This document shows, piece by piece, positions 38,596 through 47,233 of a stretch of 64,000 nucleotides of DNA; the first letter of the stretch is position 1; the number at the start of each line of letters is the position of its first letter. The translations under genes and the position numbers were made by a program. The notes under the pieces are model-generated. The model did no database searches. It was not told the origin of the DNA and saw only the letters and a program-made list of their open reading frames with translations. This stretch comes from Longimicrobiales bacterium (GTDB lineage Bacteria > Gemmatimonadota > Gemmatimonadetes > Longimicrobiales > Gaopeijiaceae), in assembly GCA_965202805.1 (NCBI GenBank), contig OZ241869.1, positions 2,880,001-2,944,000 of the forward strand. Direction: 5' to 3'.

Positions 38596-38632
38596 CGGGC
38601 CGTCGCTTTCGAGTGCGGCCCGGGTTTCGTTT
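38596..38632 (+). terminator. UUCG-capped hairpin plus U-rich tail between the tRNAs
   Basis: CGGGCCG...CGCT-TTCG-AGTG-CGGCCCG followed by GGTTTCGTTT. Confidence 0.35.
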
Positions 38633-38705
38633 GGCCGCTTAGCTCAGTTGGCAGAGCACTACGCTCACATCGTAGGGGTCGCTGGTTCGAGTCCAGCAGC
38701 GGCCA
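38633..38705 (+). tRNA. tRNA-Val (anticodon CAC)
   Basis: Acceptor GGCCGCT/AGCGGCC, D arm GCTC/GAGC, anticodon arm CTACG-CTCACAT-CGTAG, T arm GCTGG-TTCGAGT-CCAGC; CCA not encoded. Confidence 0.96.
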
Positions 38706-38815
38706 CTCCCCCCGCCTCTCGCCCGCCTCCGGCCGGGATCGCCCGGCTGCGCACCCCGTCCGCCGCCCACGACGTGGGCCATCCGGAGGCTGCGGCCCTC
38801 CACGCCCGGCGCCGC

Positions 38816-40978
38816 TCACCCCGCCCGCCGCCTCTCCACCTCCACGGGCCGCGGCCGTGTCCCCGGCTTCCAGGCGGTCACGTATCCCGCCACCGCGCTC
38901 GCCGCCACCGAATACGGCGAGGCCAGGTACAGCTGACCCGGTCCCGAGCGCCCGGGGAAGTTCCGGTTCTGGGAGGAGATGCTCACCTCGTCCGGGCGCG
39001 TCGTGATCCCCGGTCCGGCGTTGATGCAGGCGCCGCATCCGGGTTCGATGAAGGTGGCGCCCATGCGCTCGAAGAGATCCAGGTAGCCCCGCTCCCGGCA
39101 GTACTCCCTCACATCGGTGGAGCCGCACTGGATGAAGCACTCCACGTCCGGATGCACGCCCAGCCCCCAGCGGTCGTACATCTCGCGGAAGACCCGGGCG
39201 TACATGTCCATGTCCTCCTTCTTGCCCGCCGTGCACGAGCCCGCGTACGCGATGTCGATGCGGATCCGGTCGGGCTCGAGTTCGCCGAGCGGCACCCCGT
39301 TGCCGGGGTCGTTGGGGAGCGCCGCCATCGGCTGGATGGCGGAGGCGTCGATCTCGATCACGCGCACAAAGTCGGCGCCGGGGTCGCTGTGCATCCCGCT
39401 CGCCAGCGCCTCCGCCCGCGCACGATCCATCCCGCGCTCGGCGACCAGGTATTCCACGGATCGCTCGTCCGCCGCGACCAGCCCGGTGAAGGCGCCCACC
39501 TCGGCGGCCATGTTGGTCATCGTGGCGCGCTCATCCACCGGGAGCGCTTCCACGGCCGGCCCCGCGTACTCGATGATCTGCCCGATCGCGTGGCCGTCGC
39601 GGATGTAGGGGTGGCGCAGGATCTCCAGCATGTAGTCCTTGGCCGTCACCCCCTCCGCGGGCCTCCCCGAGATCACGACCCTGAAGGACGGCGGAACCTG
39701 GACGCGCACGTCCCTCGTGATCCAGGAGTTGAAGATGGCGGTCGTGCCCACCCCGAACGCCAGCGCCCCGATCGCGCCCGCGTGGGGCGTGTGCGAGTCC
39801 GAGCCGATGATGAGCATCCCCGGCTCCGCGTAGTCCTCCAGGATCTTGGAGTGACAGATCGCGACCGACCCCATGCGATGCCCCATCTGCTCCCCGTAGA
39901 GCCGGATGCCCTGCTTCTCCGCGAACTCGCGCTGCTTCACCTCGAGCTGGTTGGCGACCTCGAGCAGTCCCTCCTCGATGCGCTCCTGGCTCATCGCCTT
40001 GTGCAGGAAGGTCAGATGGTCGCGGAAAAAGAGCACGCTGTCCGGGTCCCGCACCCGTCCTTCGGGCCCCATCTTCTGTTCGAAGAAGATGGCAGCCATG
40101 GGTGTCACGTACTCGTGCGAGAAGCGGATGTCGGTGCGGAAGAAGCCGGCCTCGCCCGGGGTGACCGAGTCGACGCCCACGCGCCCGCCCGCCGGATCCA
40201 CCACCCAGTGCCGTGCGAAGATCTTCTCCGCGAGGGTCATCGGTGGGCCGTCGGCGCCCGAAGCGCGGCGGTCGTCCGAGGTGTCGGAAGTCGTCCCGGA
40301 CGAAGCGTCCTCGCGGTCGCAAGCCGCTGCGGCGGAACACGCGGGCGCCGGCACCGTCGCCCGGCCCTGCATCCGGGCCACGTTGAACTCGAAGAGGCCC
40401 CCGTACTCGATGATCTGGCGGGTGATGTCGTCCTTGCCGCGCGTGAACTCCTCGAGCCGGAGCGGCTCGCCGCGGGCGACGCGCTCCGCCACCCCGAAGT
40501 CGGTGGTGGTGAGGACGCCCAGGTTCTGGCAGTTCTCGTTGTAGATGCGCTCGATGCTCTCGCTGACGACGACCTGGATGCCGGCCATCAGCTCCGCGTA
40601 CGGGCTCTGCTCGCGGCTGGAGCCCTTGCCCCGCCGCATGCCCGCGACCGAGCACACGAAGCCGCCGTCGCGCACGCTCGCGCGGCCGACCGGATACTCC
40701 TCCGCCCCGCTCTCCGCGTTCGTGGTGCGCAGCCCCAGGTAGGGGAATTCGCCCAGCGTCTCGTCGTAGAAGAAGCAGATGTATGCGGGCGTGATCTCGT
40801 CGGTCGAGATCTGGTCGCGCAGGCGGGCGCGCAACCCGTCGCCGAGCTCCAGGTCCAGCCCCTCGTAGAGTTGGGCGCGCACCAGCGCGGCGTCGTCCGC
40901 CAGGTACAGAACCCGCCCACGCACATCGAGGGTGGCGGGTCGTTTGGGCGTCGGACGGGTGAGGAGATCCCCGGCCAT
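38816..40978 (-). CDS. Aconitase-family hydratase with an N-terminal swivel (LeuD-like) domain fused to a LeuC-like domain
   Basis: N-terminal ISTDEITP, GKGSSRE, RIYNEN; C-terminal MTLAEKI, DH, GSDSHT, GSCT, PGCGACI, NRNFPGR, YLASP. Confidence 0.9.
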   Translation of the reverse strand: MAGDLLTRPTPKRPATLDVRGRVLYLADDAALVRAQLYEGLDLELGDGLRARLRDQISTDEITPAYICFFYDETLGEFPYLGLRTTNAESGAEEYPVGRASVRDGGFVCSVAGMRRGKGSSREQSPYAELMAGIQVVVSESIERIYNENCQNLGVLTTTDFGVAERVARGEPLRLEEFTRGKDDITRQIIEYGGLFEFNVARMQGRATVPAPACSAAAACDREDASSGTTSDTSDDRRASGADGPPMTLAEKIFARHWVVDPAGGRVGVDSVTPGEAGFFRTDIRFSHEYVTPMAAIFFEQKMGPEGRVRDPDSVLFFRDHLTFLHKAMSQERIEEGLLEVANQLEVKQREFAEKQGIRLYGEQMGHRMGSVAICHSKILEDYAEPGMLIIGSDSHTPHAGAIGALAFGVGTTAIFNSWITRDVRVQVPPSFRVVISGRPAEGVTAKDYMLEILRHPYIRDGHAIGQIIEYAGPAVEALPVDERATMTNMAAEVGAFTGLVAADERSVEYLVAERGMDRARAEALASGMHSDPGADFVRVIEIDASAIQPMAALPNDPGNGVPLGELEPDRIRIDIAYAGSCTAGKKEDMDMYARVFREMYDRWGLGVHPDVECFIQCGSTDVREYCRERGYLDLFERMGATFIEPGCGACINAGPGITTRPDEVSISSQNRNFPGRSGPGQLYLASPYSVAASAVAGYVTAWKPGTRPRPVEVERRRAG

Positions 40979-40985
40979 CCGCGTC

Positions 40986-42371
40986 TCAGCTGAAGTCGAC
41001 GCCGAAGAGCACGGCGATGATGATCGAGGCCACGGCGATGGGCGCCACGAAGCGGATGAAGAAGCGCCAGGTGGGGTAATGGAACCACCTGGGCTGGTTG
41101 CCGTCCACGAGTTCGCCCTCGCTCACCTTGCGGCTGATGAACCAGCCCGCCGCCAGCGTGATGGCCAGGCCGCCGGTAGGCAGCATCCAGTTGGACACGA
41201 AGTGATCGGCTGTGGAGAACCAGCCCACCTTCTCCGCGAAGAGTTCCATCGTGGCCAGCACGGGGGTGCCCGTGAACGAAAGCGCGGCGAAGATGGTGAA
41301 GATGAAGATGGCTCCGCCGCACAGGAAGGTGGCGCGGTTGCGGGCGATGCCCCGTTCGTCGATCACGTAGCTCACCACCACCTCCAGCAGCGAGATGGTC
41401 GAGGTCAGCGCCGCCAGCGCCACCAGCACGTAGAAGAGCGGGCCCAGCACCACGCCGAAGGGCACCTCCGAGTAGAAGAGCTCCGGCAGCGAAATGAAGA
41501 GCATGCCCACCGTCGAGCCGCCGACCTGCTCGCTCATGCCCGCCACCGAGAAGATCACCGAGAACATGATGATCGTTGCGACCAGCGCGATCACGGTGTC
41601 GAGCACGACGATCATGGCCGAGGCCTTCACGATGGAGTGATGGCGCGCGATGTAGGAGCCGTACGTGATCATCGCGCACATGCCGAGCGAAAGGGTGAAG
41701 AACGAGTGGCCCAGCGCCTCCAGCACGGAGTCGGGCTCGAGCTCCGCGAAGTTCGGCCGGAAGATGAAGCGCAACGCTTCGCCGGAACCGCTCATCCCCA
41801 GGGCGCTGACCAGCAGCAGGAGCAGGATTCCGAAGAGGATGGGCAGGAAGAGGCGCGCGATGCGCTCGATCCCCTTGCTGACCCCGAAGTAGACCACGGC
41901 CACGGTTCCCACGCTGAAGCTGAGCGAGAGGGCGAGTTGCAGGCCGGCGTTGCTCACCTGTTCATTGAACAGATCCCCGGTCGCCAGTCCACTCGGAAAA
42001 GCGCCGAAGGTCCATTCCATCGTCCTGGCGAAGTAGTAGATCGACCAGCCGGCGATGACGGTGTAGTAGCTGAGCAGGATGAAGGCGCAGATGACGCCCC
42101 AGCCCCCGACGACGCCCCACGCGGGCCCCGCGACGGCCTTGAGGGCCCCGACCGCGCTCTTCTGGCTCCGCCGGCCGATCAGCAGCTCGGCCATCATGAT
42201 CGGAAGCCCGACAGCCGCGATGCACACGAGGTACACAAGCACGAAAGCGCCGCCGTTGTTCTCCCAGGTGATGAAGGGGAACTTCCACAGGTTTCCCAGA
42301 CCGATGGCGCTCCCAGTCGCCGCGAGGACGAATCCGATGTTCGAATTCCAGTGGTCGCGTTGCTGTGACAT
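40986..42371 (-). CDS. Neurotransmitter:sodium symporter (NSS/LeuT family)
   Basis: GSAIGLGNLWKFP, NGGAF, GIER, FFTLSLG, AALTSTISLLE. Confidence 0.93.
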   Translation of the reverse strand: MSQQRDHWNSNIGFVLAATGSAIGLGNLWKFPFITWENNGGAFVLVYLVCIAAVGLPIMMAELLIGRRSQKSAVGALKAVAGPAWGVVGGWGVICAFILLSYYTVIAGWSIYYFARTMEWTFGAFPSGLATGDLFNEQVSNAGLQLALSLSFSVGTVAVVYFGVSKGIERIARLFLPILFGILLLLLVSALGMSGSGEALRFIFRPNFAELEPDSVLEALGHSFFTLSLGMCAMITYGSYIARHHSIVKASAMIVVLDTVIALVATIIMFSVIFSVAGMSEQVGGSTVGMLFISLPELFYSEVPFGVVLGPLFYVLVALAALTSTISLLEVVVSYVIDERGIARNRATFLCGGAIFIFTIFAALSFTGTPVLATMELFAEKVGWFSTADHFVSNWMLPTGGLAITLAAGWFISRKVSEGELVDGNQPRWFHYPTWRFFIRFVAPIAVASIIIAVLFGVDFS

Positions 42372-42551
42372 GGCGTCTGCTCGTGGGTTGATGGTCCCGG
42401 TTGCGGGACGATGATCAGGTCGAAGTTACCGCAGGACGGCTCTATATTGTGCCCGATGCGAGGCGGTGCGCCAGTGTCGCGATCCGGCGCATCGAGCGGG
42501 TGCGCCTCCACTCCGCCCGGGACGTCCGGCGTCCGGACGAGGGAGATACTC

Positions 42552-43595
42552 ATGAGCGTTCTGACTGTTCGGCATTCGGCCCGCGCGCTCGCCGCGGCGT
42601 GTTTCCTGGGCGGGCTGTCCTTCGGGTGCGGTGGAGGAGAGGGTGGCACGGCGGACGGCGCCCTGCGCGTCGCGCTGCTGACCTCCGGGCCGGTGAGCGA
42701 CGCCGGATGGTACGCGGGGGCGTACGAAGGGCTGCTGCTGATCGAGGAGTCGCTGGGAGCGCAGGTCAGCCACCAGCAGACCCGCTCCCCCGCCGAGTTC
42801 GACGAGGCCTTCTTCTCCTACGGTTCCTCCGGCTACGACCTGGTTTTCGCCCACGGCTTCGAGTACCAGGACGCGGCGCTGCGCGCCGGCGAGGAGTTCC
42901 CCGGCATGACCATCGTCGTCTCCAGCGGGGGACGGCTTTCGGACAACGTGCGCTCCCTGATCTTCCGCCTGGAGGAGGGAAGCTATCTCGCCGGGATGAT
43001 GGCGGGAGGCCTCACGCGGTCGAAGGTGGTGGGGATGGTCGGGGGCGTGGCCATCCCGCCCGCCCAGGGCACCTTCCGCGCCTTCGAGGCGGGCGCGCGC
43101 GTCATCGACCCCGACATAGAGGTGCTGGAGGCCTTCATCGGCAGCTGGGACGACGTGGCCGCTGCCAGGGAGGCGGCGACTGCCCAGTTGAACCGGGGCG
43201 CCGACGTGCTGGTGCACAACACCGACGCCGCCAGCTTCGGCGTTTTTCAGGCGGTGCGGGAGGCGCACGCGGACGAAGACCCGGTGTGGGCCATCGGCAT
43301 GAACCGGGATCAGAACGATGTCGCCCCCGATGTCATCGCGGGAAGCGCCGCCATCGACATCCCCGGCGCGTTCCTGCGGGTCGCGAGCCGGTTCATGGCC
43401 GGAGACCTGCCATCCGGGGCGTTCGACCTCAGCCTCGACGAGAACGTCGTGGACTTCATCGTCAATCCGGCGGCGCTGGACCGCATTCCGGCGGAGTTGC
43501 TGGCGCGCATCGACGAGGCGAGGACGGCCATCCGCGAGGGCGCGCTCGAGGTGCCCCGGATCCGGTTCCTGGAGGAGGAATCGGGCAGCCCTTGA
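42552..43595 (+). CDS. BMP-family ABC substrate-binding lipoprotein (nucleoside type)
   Basis: Lipobox SFGC, DAGWY...YEGL, EGSYLAG, GADV, DQND. Confidence 0.88.
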   Translation: MSVLTVRHSARALAAACFLGGLSFGCGGGEGGTADGALRVALLTSGPVSDAGWYAGAYEGLLLIEESLGAQVSHQQTRSPAEFDEAFFSYGSSGYDLVFAHGFEYQDAALRAGEEFPGMTIVVSSGGRLSDNVRSLIFRLEEGSYLAGMMAGGLTRSKVVGMVGGVAIPPAQGTFRAFEAGARVIDPDIEVLEAFIGSWDDVAAAREAATAQLNRGADVLVHNTDAASFGVFQAVREAHADEDPVWAIGMNRDQNDVAPDVIAGSAAIDIPGAFLRVASRFMAGDLPSGAFDLSLDENVVDFIVNPAALDRIPAELLARIDEARTAIREGALEVPRIRFLEEESGSP

Positions 43596-43600
43596 AGCCC

Positions 43601-45085
43601 ATGGCCCGCGCGGCCGTCGAGATGCGGTCGGTGAGCAGGCGCTTCGGGCCGGTCGAGGCGCTCGCCGATGCGAGCCTGTGCGCGTATCCCGGCGAGGTTC
43701 ACGCGCTCCTGGGAGAGAACGGCGCCGGCAAGACCACGCTCATGCGGGTGCTCTGCGGCACGCTCCCTCCGGACGGGGGCGAAGTACTCGTGGAGGATCG
43801 CCGCCTGCCGCCCGGAGGGACGCGCGCGGCGGCCGCCGCCGGGATCGGGATGGTCCACCAGCACTTCACGCTGGTGCCCAGCCTGACGGTGGCCGAGAAC
43901 GTGGCGCTGGGGACGCGGGAGGGCAGCGGGCTTCGGCTCGCGCTCGACCGGGTGCACGCGCGGCTGGCGGAGCTGGAGCGGGTGACGGGTCTGCCGGTGG
44001 ATGCCGGCGCCCCCGTTGCCGGCCTGTCGGTGGGCGCGAAACAGCGGGTGGAGATCCTGAAGGCGCTCTACCGCGACCCGCGCGTCCTGATTCTGGACGA
44101 ACCCACCGCAGTGCTGGGCCCGCAGGAGGTGGACTGGCTGTTCGGCGTCCTGCGCTCGCTGGTGGCGGAGGGGCGGACGGTGCTGCTGATCGGGCACAAG
44201 CTGGACGAGATCCTGCGGGTGGCCGACCGGGTGACGGTCCTCCGGCGGGGCCGGACCGTGCTGGAGGCGGCGCGTGAGGCGGTGGACGCGCCCGGGCTGG
44301 CGCGGGCCATGATCGGGAGGGAGACCACCCCGGCGGCGCGCGCGGGCAGCGTCGAAGCGGGAGAGGGCGTGGCGCGCCTGGAGGCGGTGGGGGTGCGGGG
44401 TGATGATGGCCGCATGGCGGTGCGGGAGGTCACGCTGGACGTGCGCCGCGGCGAGATCGTGGGCATCGGCGGTGTGGAGGGCAACGGCCAGCGCGAACTC
44501 GCGCTCGTGCTTTCGGGCAGGCGGCGTCCCGCGGCCGGCAGCGTGCGCCTTCCAGCGACCGTCAGCCTCATCCCGCAGGACCGGAGCGCGGGCGGGCTGG
44601 TCCCGGGCTTCGATCTCGCCGAGAACACGGCGCTGGCCTTCCACGACGACAGGGCGCACCGCCGGGGGCCGCTCATCGACTGGGCGGCGATGCGGCGCAC
44701 CGCGCAGGAGATCGTGACCGGATTCGACGTGCGTACACCGGGCTGGCGGGCTACGGCGCGGTCGCTGTCGGGCGGCAACCGGCAGAAGCTGCTGGTGGGC
44801 CGCGAACTGGCGCGCTCCCCCGACCTGCTGGTGGCGGAGAACCCGATGCGCGGGCTGGACATCGCGGCGGCCGCCTTCCTGCGCGGCAAGCTCATGTATC
44901 TCAAGAGCAACCACCCCGCGAAGGCACCTCCGGGCATCGTGCTCTTCTCCACCGATCTGGAGGAGGTGCTCGACCTGGCCGACCGGGTGTTCGTGCTGGT
45001 GCGCGGCCGGCTGATCGCCGTGCCGCAACAGGAGCGCACCCCGGAGGGGATGGGCCGGCTGATGCTGGGATCGGAGGGGGCATGA
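43601..45085 (+). CDS. CUT2-type ABC ATP-binding protein (two domains)
   Basis: GENGAGKTT, GMVHQHF, QRVEILKAL, LDEPT, GNGQ, LSGGN, STDLEE. Confidence 0.92.
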   Translation: MARAAVEMRSVSRRFGPVEALADASLCAYPGEVHALLGENGAGKTTLMRVLCGTLPPDGGEVLVEDRRLPPGGTRAAAAAGIGMVHQHFTLVPSLTVAENVALGTREGSGLRLALDRVHARLAELERVTGLPVDAGAPVAGLSVGAKQRVEILKALYRDPRVLILDEPTAVLGPQEVDWLFGVLRSLVAEGRTVLLIGHKLDEILRVADRVTVLRRGRTVLEAAREAVDAPGLARAMIGRETTPAARAGSVEAGEGVARLEAVGVRGDDGRMAVREVTLDVRRGEIVGIGGVEGNGQRELALVLSGRRRPAAGSVRLPATVSLIPQDRSAGGLVPGFDLAENTALAFHDDRAHRRGPLIDWAAMRRTAQEIVTGFDVRTPGWRATARSLSGGNRQKLLVGRELARSPDLLVAENPMRGLDIAAAAFLRGKLMYLKSNHPAKAPPGIVLFSTDLEEVLDLADRVFVLVRGRLIAVPQQERTPEGMGRLMLGSEGA

Positions 45086-45113
45086 CCCGCTGCATCCCGA
45101 TGGCGCGCCTCCC

Positions 45114-46178
45114 ATGATCCGCCGGCTGTTGCGCCCGCGACTCCGGTCTCACCGGATCGGCCCGCTGGCGGCCGGCATGATGGCGATTCTGGCGGCGGCG
45201 GTTCTGGCGGCAGCGGGGCTGGCCCTCGCCGGATACGACCCGGCCGCCGCCGGACGCGCGCTGGTCTCGGGCGCCTTCGGCTCCCGGGAGCGGTTCGCAT
45301 CCATCACCCTGGTGCGCGCGACCCCGCTCATCCTGACCGGGCTGGCCGTCGCTCTCGCCTTCCGCGCGGGTGTGTGGAACATCGGAGCGGAAGGACAGCT
45401 TTACGCCGGCGCCGTGGCGGCGGTGTGGGTGGGGATCACCTTTCCGGCCGCGCCGGCGTGGCTGCTCCTGCCCGGGGCGATGGTGGCGGCGGCAGTGGCC
45501 GGGGGGCTCTGGACGCTCGTGCCGGTGGGACTCAGGTTCCGCGCCGGGGTCGGGGAGGTAATCACGACCATCCTGATGAACTTCGTCGCCATTCACGCCG
45601 TCGCGTGGCTGGTGCACGGGCCGCTGCAGGAGGCGCGCGGAGTCTTCCCGCAGACCGACCCCATCGCGCTCGCGGCCCGCCTCCCGCGCCTCGGATCCGG
45701 CCGGCTGCACGCCGGCTTCCCGGTCGCGGTCGTGCTCGCGGGGGCGCTCTGGTGGCTGCTGAGACACAGCGCCTGGGGGTTCCGCGTGCGGGCGGTGGGC
45801 GCCTCGGTGCGCGCGGCCGCCGTGTCCGGCCGCATCCACACGGGAAGGGTGGTGCTGGGGGCGTTCCTGCTGTCCGGCATGCTCGCCGGGCTGGCGGGCG
45901 GGGTGGAGGTTGCGGGGGTGACGTTCGCGCTCTACGAGAACCTCTCCCCCGGCTACGGCTACACGGCCATCGCGGTCGCCCTGCTCGCCGGCCTGAACCC
46001 CCTCGCCGTGCTCCTGGCGGCCGGGTTCTTCGGGGTCCTGCAGGCGGGCGCGGCGGCCATGCAGCGCGACGTGGGGGTGCCCGCCGTGTGGGTCAGCGCC
46101 ATCGAGGCGCTCGTCATCCTGGCCGTGGTGGCCGCGGACCGCTTCCTGCGCCGCCCCCTGTCCGCCACCGGCGGCTGA
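45114..46178 (+). CDS. Nucleoside-type ABC permease 1
   Basis: TPLILTGLAV, NIGAEGQL, EVITTILMN, GYGYTAIAVALL. Confidence 0.9.
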   Translation: MIRRLLRPRLRSHRIGPLAAGMMAILAAAVLAAAGLALAGYDPAAAGRALVSGAFGSRERFASITLVRATPLILTGLAVALAFRAGVWNIGAEGQLYAGAVAAVWVGITFPAAPAWLLLPGAMVAAAVAGGLWTLVPVGLRFRAGVGEVITTILMNFVAIHAVAWLVHGPLQEARGVFPQTDPIALAARLPRLGSGRLHAGFPVAVVLAGALWWLLRHSAWGFRVRAVGASVRAAAVSGRIHTGRVVLGAFLLSGMLAGLAGGVEVAGVTFALYENLSPGYGYTAIAVALLAGLNPLAVLLAAGFFGVLQAGAAAMQRDVGVPAVWVSAIEALVILAVVAADRFLRRPLSATGG

Positions 46179-46180
46179 CC

Positions 46181-47113
46181 GTGGACGCGGCGGCTCTTCA
46201 GGCCTTCCTCGAGGCGTCGGTGCGCCTGGGCGCGCCCCTCGCCCTCGCCGCCCTCGGCGAGACCATCAGCGAGCGCGCCGGTGTCATCAATATCGGCCTG
46301 GAAGGCTCGATCATCGGGGGCGCGCTGGGTGGGGCGCTCGGGGCGCTGCTCACCGGCTCCCCCGGCGCGGGCGTTCTGGCGGGTGCGGCGGCCGGCACCG
46401 CGATCGCCGCCGTCTTCGCGCTCTTCGCCGTCACGTTGAACGCCGACCAGATCATCGTCGGCACGGCCGTGACGCTGGGCGGGCTGGGAATCACCGGCGT
46501 CATCTACCAGAGCGTGTTCGGCGCCACCGGCACCGCGCTGACCCTTCCCACCCTGCCCGCGCTGCCGCTCCCGGGCCTCTCGGCGCTGCCCGTCATCGGA
46601 CCGGCGCTCTTCAGCCAGGCGTGGACCACCTACATGGCCTGCCTTCTTGCGCCGGCGCTGTGGTATTACCTGTTCCGCACCCGCTGGGGACTCGAACTGC
46701 GGGCCGTGGGCGAAGAGCCGGACGCCGCCGCCGCCGCCGGCATTCGCGTGCGCCGCACCCGGGTCCTGGCCGTTCTCGGCGCCGGCTTCCTGGCGGGCAT
46801 CGCGGGAGCCCATCTGGCGCTCGCGCACGCCGGCACCTTCGCGGAAGGGATGTCGGCGGGACGGGGCTTCATCGCCATCGCGGTGGTCGTGCTGGGCCGC
46901 TGGAATCCCCTCCTCGTCCTCCTCGCCTCCCTCTTCTTCGGCGCGGCTTCGGCGCTCCAGTTCGAACTCCAGGCGGTGTTTGCGAACGTGCCCTACCAGC
47001 TCCTCCTGGCGTTCCCCTACCTTCTCACGCTCGCGGCCCTCGCGGGGTGGATCGGCCGATCCAGAGCCCCTGCCGCCCTCGCGCACCCCTGGCCGCGGCG
47101 GACCGGGGAGTGA
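46181..47113 (+). CDS. Nucleoside-type ABC permease 2
   Basis: GTG start; ERAGVINIGLEG, RAVGE, GRGFIAIA, PYLLT. Confidence 0.9.
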   Translation: MDAAALQAFLEASVRLGAPLALAALGETISERAGVINIGLEGSIIGGALGGALGALLTGSPGAGVLAGAAAGTAIAAVFALFAVTLNADQIIVGTAVTLGGLGITGVIYQSVFGATGTALTLPTLPALPLPGLSALPVIGPALFSQAWTTYMACLLAPALWYYLFRTRWGLELRAVGEEPDAAAAAGIRVRRTRVLAVLGAGFLAGIAGAHLALAHAGTFAEGMSAGRGFIAIAVVVLGRWNPLLVLLASLFFGAASALQFELQAVFANVPYQLLLAFPYLLTLAALAGWIGRSRAPAALAHPWPRRTGE

Positions 47114-47233
47114 GCCCGCGCACCGCCCATGCCGCATCCCGGGCCGCGACCGGAGCGCAGGGCACCATCCCCGTCATCGTCGGCGCGCAATCGGTGAGGC
47201 TCCCGGCCGCGCCGCTGGCCACCTGCCTCGGGG

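Noticed and set aside
38513..38705. Genomic island integrated at the tRNAs
   Set aside because: No integrase, and no duplicated tRNA 3' end was noticed in the window.
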